From: the human T2T-CHM13v2.0 reference genome, Homo sapiens | NCBI RefSeq assembly: GCF_009914755.1 | Contig: NC_060938.1 | DNA length: 64,000 bases | Strand: one strand, 5' to 3' | Part shown: positions 1 through 14,110 of the stretch, one piece after another | How positions within the stretch are numbered: the first letter of the stretch is position 1 | Layout: every line of letters starts with the position of its first letter | Notes under the pieces: model-generated | What the model saw: the letters and a program-made list of their open reading frames with translations, nothing else | Databases searched by the model: none | What the model was told of the DNA's origin: nothing | Position numbers and translations under genes: made by a program

Positions 1-911
1 AAATGATATACACAGTTCAATCACACGCATACAGATACACACACATACACACACACATACACACCAGAATAAAAGCATTTGGTAATATGGTATGTATTTA
101 CCACATACCTTTTAAAGAAAATAAATAAAGAAATTAAAGAAAATAAAGAAAAATAAGAAACGAAACAAGAAAAAAAAGAAGAAAATAAAGAGAAGAAAGA
201 AGAGGAGAGACAGGAAAAAAGTGTGGGTCACACCCAGGAAAGCAATGCAGGATATTCCTGTATGGCAGGAAGGATTGATGGTGTCAGGAGGAAGGCATGT
301 GAGAAAAGACCTCCCCATTTGAGAATCACTGGGAGAATGTGTGAAAAACGCAATAAAGACATGTTACCTCTTTAAAACAATAATGTGCTAATATAGTGAA
401 GCCAAAAAAGACAGAGACAGAAAGAAAGAAAAGTTGATGGCTAACCTAAAGAAAATAAAGGAAGAAAGTTGTGTAAAAGGCTACGATACAAATGGAAAAA
501 AATTAAATCTCTGGCATGGTTTTAAGCAATTGATAGTGAGAAAAGAGAATGTATTCTGTCATAGCACAATGCATGACTCAGCATAGTCATAAAAATGTAA
601 ATTTCCAGACTTAATTCATGGAGAAAGGGTGAGAGATTTGGTTGCTGTTTAATTTCAAAGTACAAATTATAATAGTCTTAATAAAATAAAACTAGGTTAG
701 CTAATAAATGGTGGGAACTAAGGGAGGTAAAAGGTGGATGAAAGAGTGGGGATGATAATATCTCATAATGTGTTAGGGTATTACTATTATCACAAAAGTA
801 ACCTGTGGAAGTAATGAAATGATAAATAACTCTAAACCACCCATAATAAGTATAATATAATTAGTATCATGAAGGAATCACAAAAAGAAATGCAAACGAA
901 GTATTTAAAAC

Positions 912-1135
912 TCTAGCCTGGGCAACATGGCAAAACCCTATCTCAACAATTTTTTTTTAATCAGCCAGGTATGGTGGGCTGCACCTGTGGTGCCAGCTAA
1001 TCAGGAGGCTGAGGTAGGAGGATCAGTTGAGCCATGAGGTCGAGGCTGCAGTGAGCTGTGATCGCACCACTGCACTCCAAGCTGGATGATAGAGTGAGAC
1101 CCTGTCTCAAAAAAAAAAAAAAAAAAGAAAGAAAA
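912..1135 (+). mobile_element. 5'-truncated old Alu (AluJ-like)
   Basis: End of left arm plus right arm and A-tail; GTATTTAAAA on both sides as probable TSD. Confidence 0.85.
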
Positions 1136-2979
1136 TTTTAAAAAGGTATTTAAAAGAGTTCACAGCCGGGAATCCAAACAGCTGTTGAAGAGAAACAGTT
1201 CTGTTATTTTTATCGTAAGCTCTTCTAAATTATTTATTATTATGTTTTCATGTACAATATCGATAAATTTTTAAGATAATTTTTGAAGACAGAGATTTAA
1301 TGACATTTCTTCCATGAAACAATCTGAAGACTTAAGTGGCTTTCTTCTGTACTTCCATAGAACCCACCCAGTACATACCTCCAGTGTGGCACTGATTTTA
1401 TGCTATACATATGACTGTGTGTTCATCTCCTCCACCAGACTGTGAGTCCCATTGGAGTAGGAACTAAATTTTATTCAACACTCTGTCTTCATCACCTCGT
1501 GTAGTATCTTGTACAGAGTAGATAATGATTAAATGTTTAGTTAATGAGTAAATAATCAACCATATTGCACAGTCTATATTAAAGTTAATATTTAAATCCG
1601 TTATGGGAATTAATAGATATTCATCAGATACACTACTGAATTCCTTCTTTACATCATTGCATGTTTTAACTTTCTAATAACAGTATAATGGGATAGAGAT
1701 AATGTAAAGCTACATGTTTCCAAGCCACCAGCATTTTATCAGACACCCCAAACTTGAACCATTAATGTAATATTCAAAATTCTTCACAACTAGATTTTGA
1801 ACACTATTCTGAAGTTGGTTACAAGTCCATCTGGTTTTAAATCAACTTATCATGTTCAAAAATGTTAATATCTCTCACTAGCTCACAGCATGACACTATC
1901 AGCTTTAATTTGGTATTATTTCATAGCAATGTTGCAATTAAAATTTGGTCCACATTGATCAGTAAAAGTTAAAGGGCTAAATTAATTAATGGAAATAGTA
2001 AAAGGGCAAAATATTAATATGATGACACAACCTAAATCCTTAGAGTGTAGAGAGGCACTGTTATTTTGAGATTATCCATGTTGATTTGCAGAAGAACAGA
2101 AGGAGAAATCTGTGAATAGAACTGAATTTCAACACACAAAATTGTATGTCAACATTTTTTTAAATAATTACTAAAAATGATGACCACAAGTGAGTCTCAT
2201 TATAGATGTGAAACTTCTGACTAACAGACCTAACAATGACTAAAGACATTACAAATAAGCTGTGAAGAAAATGTACAGCAGCTGTATTAGAACTATGCCT
2301 TCCAGGTTGGTGTGTGGATTTATCTCAAAACCTAATAAAAAACCATGACTCATTTTCTGTTAAAGTGCATAAAAAGCTTTATACACCATATCATATCAAG
2401 TAGATAATTTTTTAACTTTAAAATATTTTTCTGATAAATGATAAATTTTATTTGAATACATAAGAAACAATATAATATTCAAATAATTCAACATATTTGA
2501 ATAATATATGGCAACTTAAGATCAATCAAAGCAGTTGGTGACAGGGAATATTCTTATCTTTGGAGGGTTTGCCTGACTTTCAGAGTTCCAACATAAACCC
2601 AATCCAGAAATAAAATTAGAGAGTCTTACATTTGCTATTTATAAACCTCCATTACTTACAGTTCACTTGCTCTTGAGAATAAATTTCAGGGTTACACGTA
2701 GCAGGTGTTTTGAACTCCATTTTAGATAGACAGAACATGAGAGAGGGTAGAATAAGAAACCAATGTCAAAGTTATTAAGTATTAGAATGAAGTATAGGAT
2801 TTGGGTCTTTTGAAGTTCTATAGTCTTTCTACTAACTGCTAACTTCCAGCTCTTTTCAGCTACTAAAATACACATATCCTATCAGGTCTCAATTAGGAGT
2901 TATTTTGTAAAATACTTAAATGTGTTATGAGCCATGATTATAGCCTACCTGCATTATAAGCATCAAAAGCCCCTTTTAT

Positions 2980-3228
2980 TGTCAAACTGCAGTCCATCAA
3001 CCATTAGTAGTTGGTAAATAGCTTAGTGAGTCTCAACCAGTAAATTTTTAAATAGAATATAATAGAATAGAAACTATCAGAGTGTATCACAAGTAATAAG
3101 GGTATTTTGGAAAATTTTTTGTTTCAGCTGTGTATGTGTGTATGTAGATACATGTATTTGTGGCCTAGGTCATGATGTGTGTTTCTTACTGTGGGTTGAG
3201 GGAAGAGCATACTGAAAACTACCACTCT
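2980..3228. mobile_element. Degenerate hAT/Charlie-like MER DNA transposon relic
   Basis: Resemblance by eye only (TCAAACTGCAG...AATAGAATAGAA...TTCTTACTGTGGG); family not assignable. Confidence 0.35.
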
Positions 3229-3539
3229 AAGACAGATAACAAGATTAAGAACTTAGGTCAAGTTGGAATTCGTTTACCAAAGTGGTTAATGGGTTACTCA
3301 ATAGAACTGAGAACTTCACAGGAAGTTTTCAATGAAGGAAGCCTGGGAAAAGAGAAAATTACAGTGCATGGCTGCTGACTAAAATCCTGAGAAGAAGATT
3401 GCAGTGGGGAATGTGGAACAACCATAGGGCAGCATGAGTTGCTGAGGACTAGAACTAAGGAAGCTGAAAGCAGTCACACAGAGAAACAGTGATTTGAGTT
3501 AGCAATAATTTCACCTCTGTATATTATAGAACTGTGTCA

Positions 3540-3877
<338 letters not shown>

Positions 3878-4249
3878 ACTGTGTCCAGGGATCCTCTCTT
3901 TATGCATATCTAGATATAAAATAAAGATGTTACATCTATATAAAAAGCAAAGATATTAGTTCCTGCCCTTGCTTTCTTCATAAGTGTACCAAGGGATAGG
4001 AGCTATGAAAGTGCTTTGAGTTTGTCAAAATAAGTCATTGTGATGGGAGTTACCTGCAGCTCATGAGGAGCTAAAGCTCAGGATCACTTGACCTCTCTAT
4101 ACAGCACAGCCTTAGAGTCATCAGAAAGCCAGTTTTAAAGAAAAGCTTGTATTACTTTATTCTAATAATTTACCATAGTGCTTGGTAGGTCTTCAATTTA
4201 TGCTTTTCACTTTTCTCTCCCCCTTCTCTCCTTTTTCCCCCCTTTTTAC

Positions 4250-5705
4250 CTTAAATTCCATGACCAATCATTGCAGTGACTCCTTTTTGCATCCCCAATT
4301 CCCTTACCTGTCTTGTTCAGAGTCATTTGTCTGAATCACAACCCTGGTTACATATTACTTTCTGTCTTGCTAGTTCTGAAGGCCCTGAAACTAACATGAC
4401 TTAGGAAAACACACAGCATGTAAACTGGTTTCATTTACATTCATGAGCATGCATTTCATGTATGTCCATAACACTGTCTGGCAATCATATTAAATTTGCC
4501 TGGTCTTTTACTCTCCCACTCTTCTTGATGGCGTTTTCATGCCTAATCTTTCCTACTCATATTTCAAGCACTTCCATTATCATGCTCAGTTTTAGCTCGC
4601 TTCCTAGTCCATTGAGAAAACTGAAGTAATCAGAAGAGAATACCCACAACCTACAGAATCCATGTACTTTGCTGTCCCCCTGGAATGAAAGATGATTATC
4701 AGTACTCCCACCTAAGTCCAACCATCTCACTTGGTCACTTGATCCCATCTCACTTCCTCCAGCAATTCTACCCCTTCTCTCCTATGCCATCAGATTTTAC
4801 TTTTACCTCTCTACTGTATCATTTCCATCAGCAATTAAACATACTTTTCTCCCATTAAAAAAACCCTCTCTTGGCTCCACCTCCTCTCTAGCTAATGTTT
4901 CTTCTCTTGCTTCCCTTTCCACAAACCTGCTCAATAAACTGTCTATACACTATCTCAAATTTTTCTTCCCATTCATTTTTAATCATCACCCAAGAGGCTG
5001 TTACCTCCACCATTCTAACAAATCTGTTCTCCTCATGATTACCAATGACCTTCGTATTGCTAAATCCAGTCAATCTTCTCTTCTCATTTTACTTGGCCTA
5101 TCAGCAACATTTGATGCAATTGATCACCAACACTCCTTTCTTTAGCTAATCAAAAGGGTGATTATTCAGATTATGATGGATGGATCTGTCCTATAGGAGC
5201 TGAGAGTGACCTTAGTTGAGAGGCAGCAAGAAAACAGAGGCCACAGTCCTACAACCACAAGGATCTAAATTCCATCAACAACCTGAATTCCAGATGAGAA
5301 CCAGAGCACAGTCAATACCTTCATTTCAGTTTTGTAAGTCTTTGAGCAAAGGACCCAGGTAGTTTGTGTCTAGACTCTTGATCTGACCCACAGAAACTGG
5401 AAAAAAAAATAAATTTATGTTGTTTTAAGCCTTAAATGTGTAGTAATTTGTTAGGCACCAACAGAAAACTAATACACTCAGTGATCTCCCCTGGCTAACA
5501 TATTTGAAATTGCAAGCACTTTTTTTGCACTTCTTATCTCCTTTATTCTTCTCTATTATATTTTTCATGATACTAACGTATTTTGTTATGGTTTCTCCGT
5601 CAATTGCAGAAAAGCAAAGGTTTTCATCCATTTGTTCGCTATCTTGTTCAACTACAGTTTCTGGCATGTAGTAAAAGTTCAACAAATATCTCTTGAATGA
5701 ATAAA
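4250..5705 (+). mobile_element. Old L2 fragments interrupted by an MLT1 LTR
   Basis: CT-rich L2-like body; L2-type 3' end CAAATATCTCTTGAATGAATAA near 5700. Confidence 0.55.
5142..5476 (+). mobile_element. MLT1-family (MaLR) LTR fragment
   Basis: MLT1-type 3' end ATAAATTTATGTTGTTTTAAGCC...GTAATTTGTTA...AGAAAACTAATACA. Confidence 0.75.
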
Positions 5706-6512
5706 ACTAGTATTAAGTACATGAATAAGACATAATAGTATTTTTCCTCAGAATACTCAAGTTAATCATTTATATAATTTAAAAAACTAGGTATACAAAA
5801 TTCTTAGCTATATTTGATATTTAGTTAATAAAACTTTACTTAGTATTTAACTCATTTTAGATATGTAAAATACTAATATTAAAGTAATAAAAATCATTTT
5901 GCATTTGTAAATTTGAATACTGTAAACAATAATAAAAATGTTCAATCTTAATTTTGGGCTTACCATTTGCCTGGTACACTTCAAACTATATTCCTTATAA
6001 ATTTAATGCATTTTATCCTCAGAAAACATTATGAGAGAATTAGCATTATTAACCCCATCTTATATCAAATAAAAATAAGGTACAGAGGTTTAATAATTTA
6101 CTCAAGTTCACATAGACACAAAGTGATAGATTCAAACCCAGGTTTTAAGTTTCAAGCTCATTACATTTTCAATATCTGAATATGCATAAAACTTACATTT
6201 GTGTATAACTAAATATTGTAAATAGGCTAAAAAGACCAATAAAAACTATAAAAGATATTTGAGCCAGATGACAAACGGTTAATATTTTTATCTAGAAAAG
6301 CCCTTAAAATTAATAAAAATAGCACAAAAATTCAAATAAGCAATGCACAAAAGACAACAGAAAGATCATAAAAGATGAAATTTAAAATGTAATAAATATT
6401 TGTAGAAACTTCTTTCAATCTTGCTGGTACATAAAGAAAAGTACATTAAAGCTAGTTATAGGTATTATATTTCTCCTTTTAAACTGGCAAAAGAAAATTT
6501 AAAATTTGGTGA

Positions 6513-6831
<319 letters not shown>

Positions 6832-6880
6832 AAAACAGTCACTTTTATAGATCACTGCAAATGTACACTAATACAATCTT

Positions 6881-6886
6881 TGTTGC

Positions 6887-6923
<37 letters not shown>

Positions 6924-7203
6924 GCCAGAGTCTCGCTCTGTTGCCCAGGCTGGAGTGCAGTGGCACTATATCAGGTCACTGCACCCTCTGTCTCCTGGGT
7001 TCAAGGGATCCTCCTGCCTCAGCCTCCTGAGTAGCTGGGATTACAGGCATGCAACCCTACACCTGGCTAATTTTTGTATTTTTAGTAGGGTTGGGGTTTT
7101 GCTGCATTGGCCAGGCTGGTCTTGAACTCCTGACCCCAGATGACACACCTGCCTCGGCCTCCCAAAGTGCTGGGATTACAGGCGTGAGCCACCAAGCCCA
7201 GCC
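6881..7203 (-). mobile_element. AluS with (TTG)n tail
   Basis: Reverse Alu preceded by a long (TTG)n microsatellite. Confidence 0.95.
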
Positions 7204-8611
7204 ACAGTAATGAAATTTTAAAGAAATACAATTCACCAGTATATGGTAAATGTTTATTACAAATTCATACTATGTGATCCCTCCCCACCAAAAAAAAAAA
7301 AAAACCTTGCCCTTAAAAAATCTATTATAAATGATCAAAGTTGGAGAAAAAGCTTATGTGCAAAGTTATATATCTCAAGTCATTTTAATAATGAAAAATT
7401 AGAAACCACCTAAATGTGAAGCAATGGTTAATGGACAGTGGTTAAATTGTTTATCATTATCCATAGGTTAATATAGATATTTGTAACTATAGGTTTTAAA
7501 AATAGTTATGTGGAAATGCTCACAGTATAACAATAATGAACAAAAGGCTGAACACAAAATATACCCACAAGATGATCCAAATTATTTAGAATATAGGTTT
7601 TACTTTAATAGATGATTTATGTTTATTTTCTTCTTTATAATATACTAGAAATTTTTTACAGCAAGTCTGTGATATATAAAATCAGAAGTAAACAAAAATT
7701 AAAGATATTTCAAGAAATGTGTTAATAAATATAAACATTTCTAATTCATATAAGGATAGGTACGTCATATTTTTAACCCTGTGCTGACCTACATGGTTCA
7801 CTGAGATGGTGTCATGTCTGCCTAGCAGAAGACGTCTGCATCATAAAAACAAAACTGGAAAGTTCCACACAGAAAAATTTTTCACGGCAAGGATGAAGCT
7901 TCTCACCCAGCAACTCAAACTCAGTTTTATATTATAGGGTTTTTTTTTCAGAATTTGGACTATTTTATTTATTTAAATACAAACATATTACTTAGAAGCT
8001 GTGTATCTGTAATTGCCACTACCACTTGGTTATTATTTGATTAATATTTTGGTTTCTTCCAAATCAGCTGCATTTTACCTAGGACAAATACCCATTTCAA
8101 ATAGACCTGGTAGTGAAAAGAAAATCAGGTGATTAAACCTCCCTAGTTATGACTGGTAGTTCCACCACATAAGAAAGGGAAAACTTATTCTATTTGGTCA
8201 GTGGTATCTATCAGAGTTTATCTGAGAAGAAAGCAAAAGACATAGTAAGAGAACAGAATAAAAACAAAGAGAAAAGTAAAGATAATAACCAGAGACCATC
8301 GTCAATAGCAGCAATAGCAAGGACTTTAGTGGCAGCTATTACAGGGGGTGACAAAGTGATATTCCAACCACAAGGCAATTCAACAGGAGAGATTGGTATA
8401 GAAACAAAAGACAAAACGTCTCTTCAGCTGAAAGGTTCAAACACTCATCTGCATCAAACACTTTCATATATCTACTCTATATTCACAAGAAATTTATGAA
8501 TTCATTAATAAATAACGCATCCAATATTTATATAGCATGCATGGTCCCTGTATAAACTCTAGTTATGCCTCTTTAACTTTACTACAAATGTTCTTAAAAA
8601 CATGGAATCGC

Positions 8612-8992
<381 letters not shown>

Positions 8993-10239
8993 CTATTTAC
9001 TTGTTTAATGTCTATTTTCCTTAACTGGGAAGTTAGCTTAATAAAGGCAGAAGAGGTTTTTGCCTCCATTATCCAATGCTATATTCTTAGCACCAATAAT
9101 AATGTCTAGCGTACAGTATGTGTACGCTATGTATTTATTGAACAAATGAGAAAGTTTACAAGTAATTCATGGATTTCATATGATTCTCTATATCTTGTTT
9201 ACATCAAAGACAAAATGTTTCGTATTTCTTAAGACTAACTGCAACATGTTCAAAAATTTGGTCTATCAGCTGAAGTGTATCTCAATTTGATAATTAAAGA
9301 GAAAGTTTACATTTTCATGTAAGCCCTTCCAAATACTCCAGCACACATAAGTGAAAATCAGATATTCTCCTTCATGGCCCATCTGCAAACTTGTAGAAAG
9401 TGAGAACCTGAGGCATAAGTGGACGTGAATGGGCCTGGGTTCTATTTTTCCATGCTATAAAAGCCATAAACAGTGTGGTTAATGATGCTCCCATATCTGA
9501 CTTGAAGCCAGGGTACGGTGGATTCGTGTAAATGCTGAAGGCTAGCTAGCTCTGGTGGCTGAACACCAGTTGAGGGCAGCAGAGAGCTACTTGAGAGAAA
9601 ATAGATCCAGGAAGGCTTAACAGCTCTCAGCTTAAAGTGCTTGGCTAAGTCCACAGTGTGCTGCTGAAAATGCAGCCGCTTGGAAAACTAGTCCACAGGG
9701 TGGCCAGCAAGAATGAAGTAACCAAATGTATTAATGCATAAAGCCAAAAATCCAGGGAGATGGGTAGGAAGCAACACCAGAGAACTGACAATAATTTGGA
9801 CTCCCATTTCACACAGTTCTCAGGAGCCATTGATTCGGACAATCATCTTACTCCAGAGCTGCTGAATCACAAAATGTCTTAGATTCCCTCCAACTCTAAA
9901 ATCTTAGTTCCCAAGATAATTAACAAAAATGTTTAGAGTACAACCTTTTTTCCAAAGATTATCCTTCCTGTAGAAAGAATATAAAATTGTTAGTGTTAAG
10001 AGGAGAAAATCATACATGAATGAGGAGTAGCAAACACAGACTAGGGGTCCCAAAATTCTTTAAAAGTTGAGATTTCTCAAATATATGCGGTGGAATCCTG
10101 GTGAAGTTTAATGAACAGCCTCAGTCAATCCCCTTGTTTCCCAGTTTGAAGGCTCCAACCCTAAAAATGACCAAGTGTAAGTTGCGGCCTGTCCAAAGCC
10201 AGGATTCACACTCCTTTTCTGTGTCTTCCTAGTGGAGTG

Positions 10240-10345
10240 ATCTTAAGCAAGTAATTTAGTCTGTCTGGGTCAGCCTCCTCACTTCTAAAATAGAATAATA
10301 CCTGTGTTTATGAGGTCTGTGAAAAATCTGCAGAATAAAACATGT
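10240..10345 (+). mobile_element. MIR fragment
   Basis: MIR core-like GTGATCTTAAGCAAGT...CAGCCTCCTCACTTCTAAAATAGAATAATA. Confidence 0.5.
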
Positions 10346-10524
10346 CTTATGAACTTCGTACAGCATAAGGAATTTTAAATAAAAGTCCAAGTAGTAGGAA
10401 CTAAGAAGTTTTCTAGGGAACAACAAAAAGGCATCTAAGAAAGAAACCTTTGATATATTTAGAATTTTCCCTGTAACAAACTTGTTTGTTTCTATCAACC
10501 CAGGTCAATGTAGATATGATACTC

Positions 10525-10637
10525 CATATACATATATTTATACACATATGTGTGTATATGTATATACACACACACACTTTATATACAACACACACACGCA
10601 TGCATGTGTGTGTGTGTGCATGGGTATGTGTGTGTGT
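10525..10637. repeat. Compound (TA)/(CA)/(TG) microsatellite
   Basis: Read directly. Confidence 0.9.
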
Positions 10638-10865
10638 CTTCAGCTTCCCTGAGGTCTATATTAAATGCTGAGCATATTTGCATCACGGAGTGATATTTGC
10701 CTTCTGTGAACACTCTTATTGCTAAAAGTGTGTAATGATGTTCCTAGTCAGATTGAATTTGGAGACATTTTACTGCATCCTCCTGAAGAAATTTATTCAC
10801 AGGGACACAGAAGCAGAGAGAAAAATGTGGGCTATCTGCAGCCAGAATACTTTGGCTCTGGTTCC

Positions 10866-10892
10866 TAATAATAATAATAATAATAATAATAA
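10866..10892. repeat. (TAA)n microsatellite
   Basis: Read directly. Confidence 0.95.
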
Positions 10893-13800
10893 TTAATCAT
10901 CACCATGAGGATATGGGAACATGTTAGAAAACTTGAATACAGCTGCCTCAGCTTTGTGTTCAGTTTGGTCCTATCTCACATTATGATTTTTCTGGATGGA
11001 TAGCAAGGGAGAGCTGAGTGCATGCCAATGAGTTAGTAAATGGTGACTAGAGTGTCTGAGATTTTTGTTATTTTTAAAAGCAGAAAAAGGGAAAGAACAA
11101 GACAGGAAGATAGAGAAGATGGAGGGCTGGCTCATCAATTCTCATTTCTGATGAGATGCCTAACTAGAGAACTCAGGAGTGATAGAGAAGAGTTGCAAAT
11201 AACAATGAAGACACCACAAGAGAGTCTTCTCAAATGAAGGTTGATGATTTATTGACTTAAAAATCTTTTGAATTATAAGGGATAGCAGATTCAACTTTCT
11301 GATTTTGTGCATAAGAAAACTAAGGTTCAAGAGAAGTGTTGTGACTACCTCAAATTCCCCTAGGTGTTAACAACTTGTATATTTATCTTACTATTCTAGA
11401 ACTAGCTAGATAGCATGCCAGTGACCAAATTTTATAGTAAAATCTAGGAAATATTGGTGAAAAATAGAATAAACAAAATTGGTTTCCCTTAAAGTTACAA
11501 AACATGAATCCATATACCAGTAGTCATCAGCTGCTTTGCTATTAGGAAATTAAACACACACTTCAGCAAGTGCATGCACAAACTACACCCACGCACATGG
11601 CCAGCTTACAGTCACAGGGAATGAGAAGAGGTCTACTCTCTCTCTCTCTCTAACATCTTAAATGCCAAGCAAATGCCGAAATTGTTATTCTGAAAAGTTT
11701 GGGGCTCTGCAGTCTACCATTGCTAAGATTTTTCCTGTGCCCAGATAGTTCATTTAATCTTTGCTGTAAGAAGAAGAAACAGAATCCATATAGACATAGG
11801 AATTCCATTTCTTTGAATTATAAAATATTTTCAGCCAAGGTAATATAGACAGGGCATATATGTGATTACTTAAAACATGGTGTTATTTTTAGTATGTTCC
11901 CTGCTATTCACTAGATAATTATCTCCAATCAAAGTGGTTAGTTCAGATAAAAGAAAATATCAAAAATAAATTTTTTTCAATTTTGTTAAGTATTTGTGTA
12001 GAAACATATTTAGTGATAATTTGGAAAATTAGGTAAATAAATTGCAACCCCCCTCAAAATAAAATTACTTTTTAGAACTAGTTCCTTGACATGGAATTTA
12101 AAGCATTGGAAGAATACTCATAACAAACTTTAATTGCCCTATGTGCAGATTTGAGGTAAAAACCGTTGTCTCTCTATGTCTTATTACCATAATCAAAGCT
12201 TAGAATTTTTTTTATTATCAAAAGACTATTGTGTGCCCGACAGACAGTCAAGATTTATTAGAAAAGCCTCCATGGCTCTCCCCTCCAAAAACTCAGTAAA
12301 CAATCCCACACCTTCACTGCTACTATTGAGCATTATGGGCACTAGATGTCGCTGCTGCTGTTAGAATGAGATTTTCTTCCTGCTTCCCAGCCCCACCTCC
12401 CCAAAAATTTTTTCCAAAGATTCTTATGGTTTTTAAAGTTATATTTTAGTGGTAGTGTTGTTGGGAATTTGATGAATGAATGATATTTTATATATTAGTG
12501 ATTGCAGGTCACTTATTTTCCAGATTAAGAAAAAACTGGAAAGATGAAGTAACTTGCCTAAGGATCCATAGGAAAAGAGTGCTAGAGCCAGAGTCGGGAA
12601 AACAGTTCTCGTGTCTACACTTCACCAGCTTTTAAGAAGTAAACGTGTTCCAGCTGTGAACAATGACGATATTCATCTTTTTAAGTCAAAACCCACTGGG
12701 TAATATTTATTACCCTTTAAGTCAGTTTCAGTTTGCATTGCCCCTGATGGTCTTCTCCTTGGACACTAGGTATGTATTAATCATGAGGGCAGATGATTTT
12801 CCCAGGCTAAATTTACTTGAAAGGGTAAGAAGCCTAATAGACGGTCATTATCTAAATTAAGGTGATTCCGTGCTCCAGAAAATCTCCCCATAGAAGAAAA
12901 ATGTCAACAAGCTCAGGAGACTCTCCCTCATAAAGTTATTAAAACTAAACAAGCATACACAACACCCACACACAATCCAATACAGAGGAGATCTCCAACC
13001 CAGCTTCCCTGTCAATACAAAAGAAAGCCAGTGGAGTTTTCTTCAGAAGCCTGGGGCTAGGAAGGGTGCAGAAGGACTGTGAGGGCAATCCCCAACTGCT
13101 TTCACCGACTAAGGTGAGGAGAAAGGAAAGTCATGACTGGGGGAAAAAAAAAAGAAGAAGAAGAAGGCAAGTTAACTAAGAGAGGCAACCAATCTACGCT
13201 GAAGCTTCCATAGTCCTGCTCTCTAGAGAAAACCAAAAATTCACCACCCCGCTTGACGGATTGGCAGGCAAGAGAAAGAGGGGAAACTTCACACACTCGC
13301 TTAGAGTTGTTGGACCCCTTTTCCAGTCCCCATCTCAAGAAAAGAAGAAGGGGGCAGGGAGGAATGGACGTGCCCTGAAAAGAAAAGAAAAAGGAGCCAA
13401 CATTGCAGCTAGCCTTGGGAAAATCTCCACAGATGAGCATTTTTGTTGCGTTAAGTGGCCGGCATTAGCAGCCTAAACACGTAGGGGAAGGCTAACATCG
13501 CCGTTAATATAATGCGGGAGAGGAATGATAGACCTGGGAGTAGAGAGTGGAAGCGCTAGTTTTGCATAAAACAAAACAAAACATTTCTGAGGACTTAAGC
13601 TCCTAGGGGGTTGGGTGGAGTGAATTTAGGGAGCGCCTCAATCCATAGAGGAAGCATGCACCGGGGCATCAGTTTCAGAGGCTTATTTTAAAAATATATA
13701 TTTATTTCAGCTGCCTTAAAAAATAATTTCACAGTCAGAAAAATAGCTTCTTAGACCATGGTTCTGAGGTCGTCTCTGGGAGGGAGAAGAATCACCTCCG

Positions 13801-13959
13801 AGATGTCTTTCAAACTCCAGCATTGAGACTAAGAATTGACAAGTAAGGAGGTTCTGGAAGTCAGAATGAAAATGGTCACCTCCATCACCTTCACGAGGCT
13901 TCATTTCTCTCACATTTAGGGAGGTAGATGAGATACAGTTAGACGCACATAGAGATAGT

Positions 13960-14110
13960 GAGAGAGAGAGGGAAAGGGAGAAGGAGAGAGAGGAAAGAGA
14001 AAAGGGAAGAAAAAGCAGGGAAAGAAGGAAGGAAGGAAGGAAGGAGGGAAGGAGGGAAAGAGGGAAGGAGGGAAAGAGGGAAGGAGGGAAGGAGGGGACA
14101 GGAAGGAAAA
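13960..14110. repeat. Polypurine (GGAA/GGGA)n tract
   Basis: About 150 nt almost entirely A/G. Confidence 0.9.

Noticed and set aside
8194-8499. 101-aa ORF in unique-looking A-rich DNA
   Set aside because: Non-ATG start, no recognisable homology or exon structure
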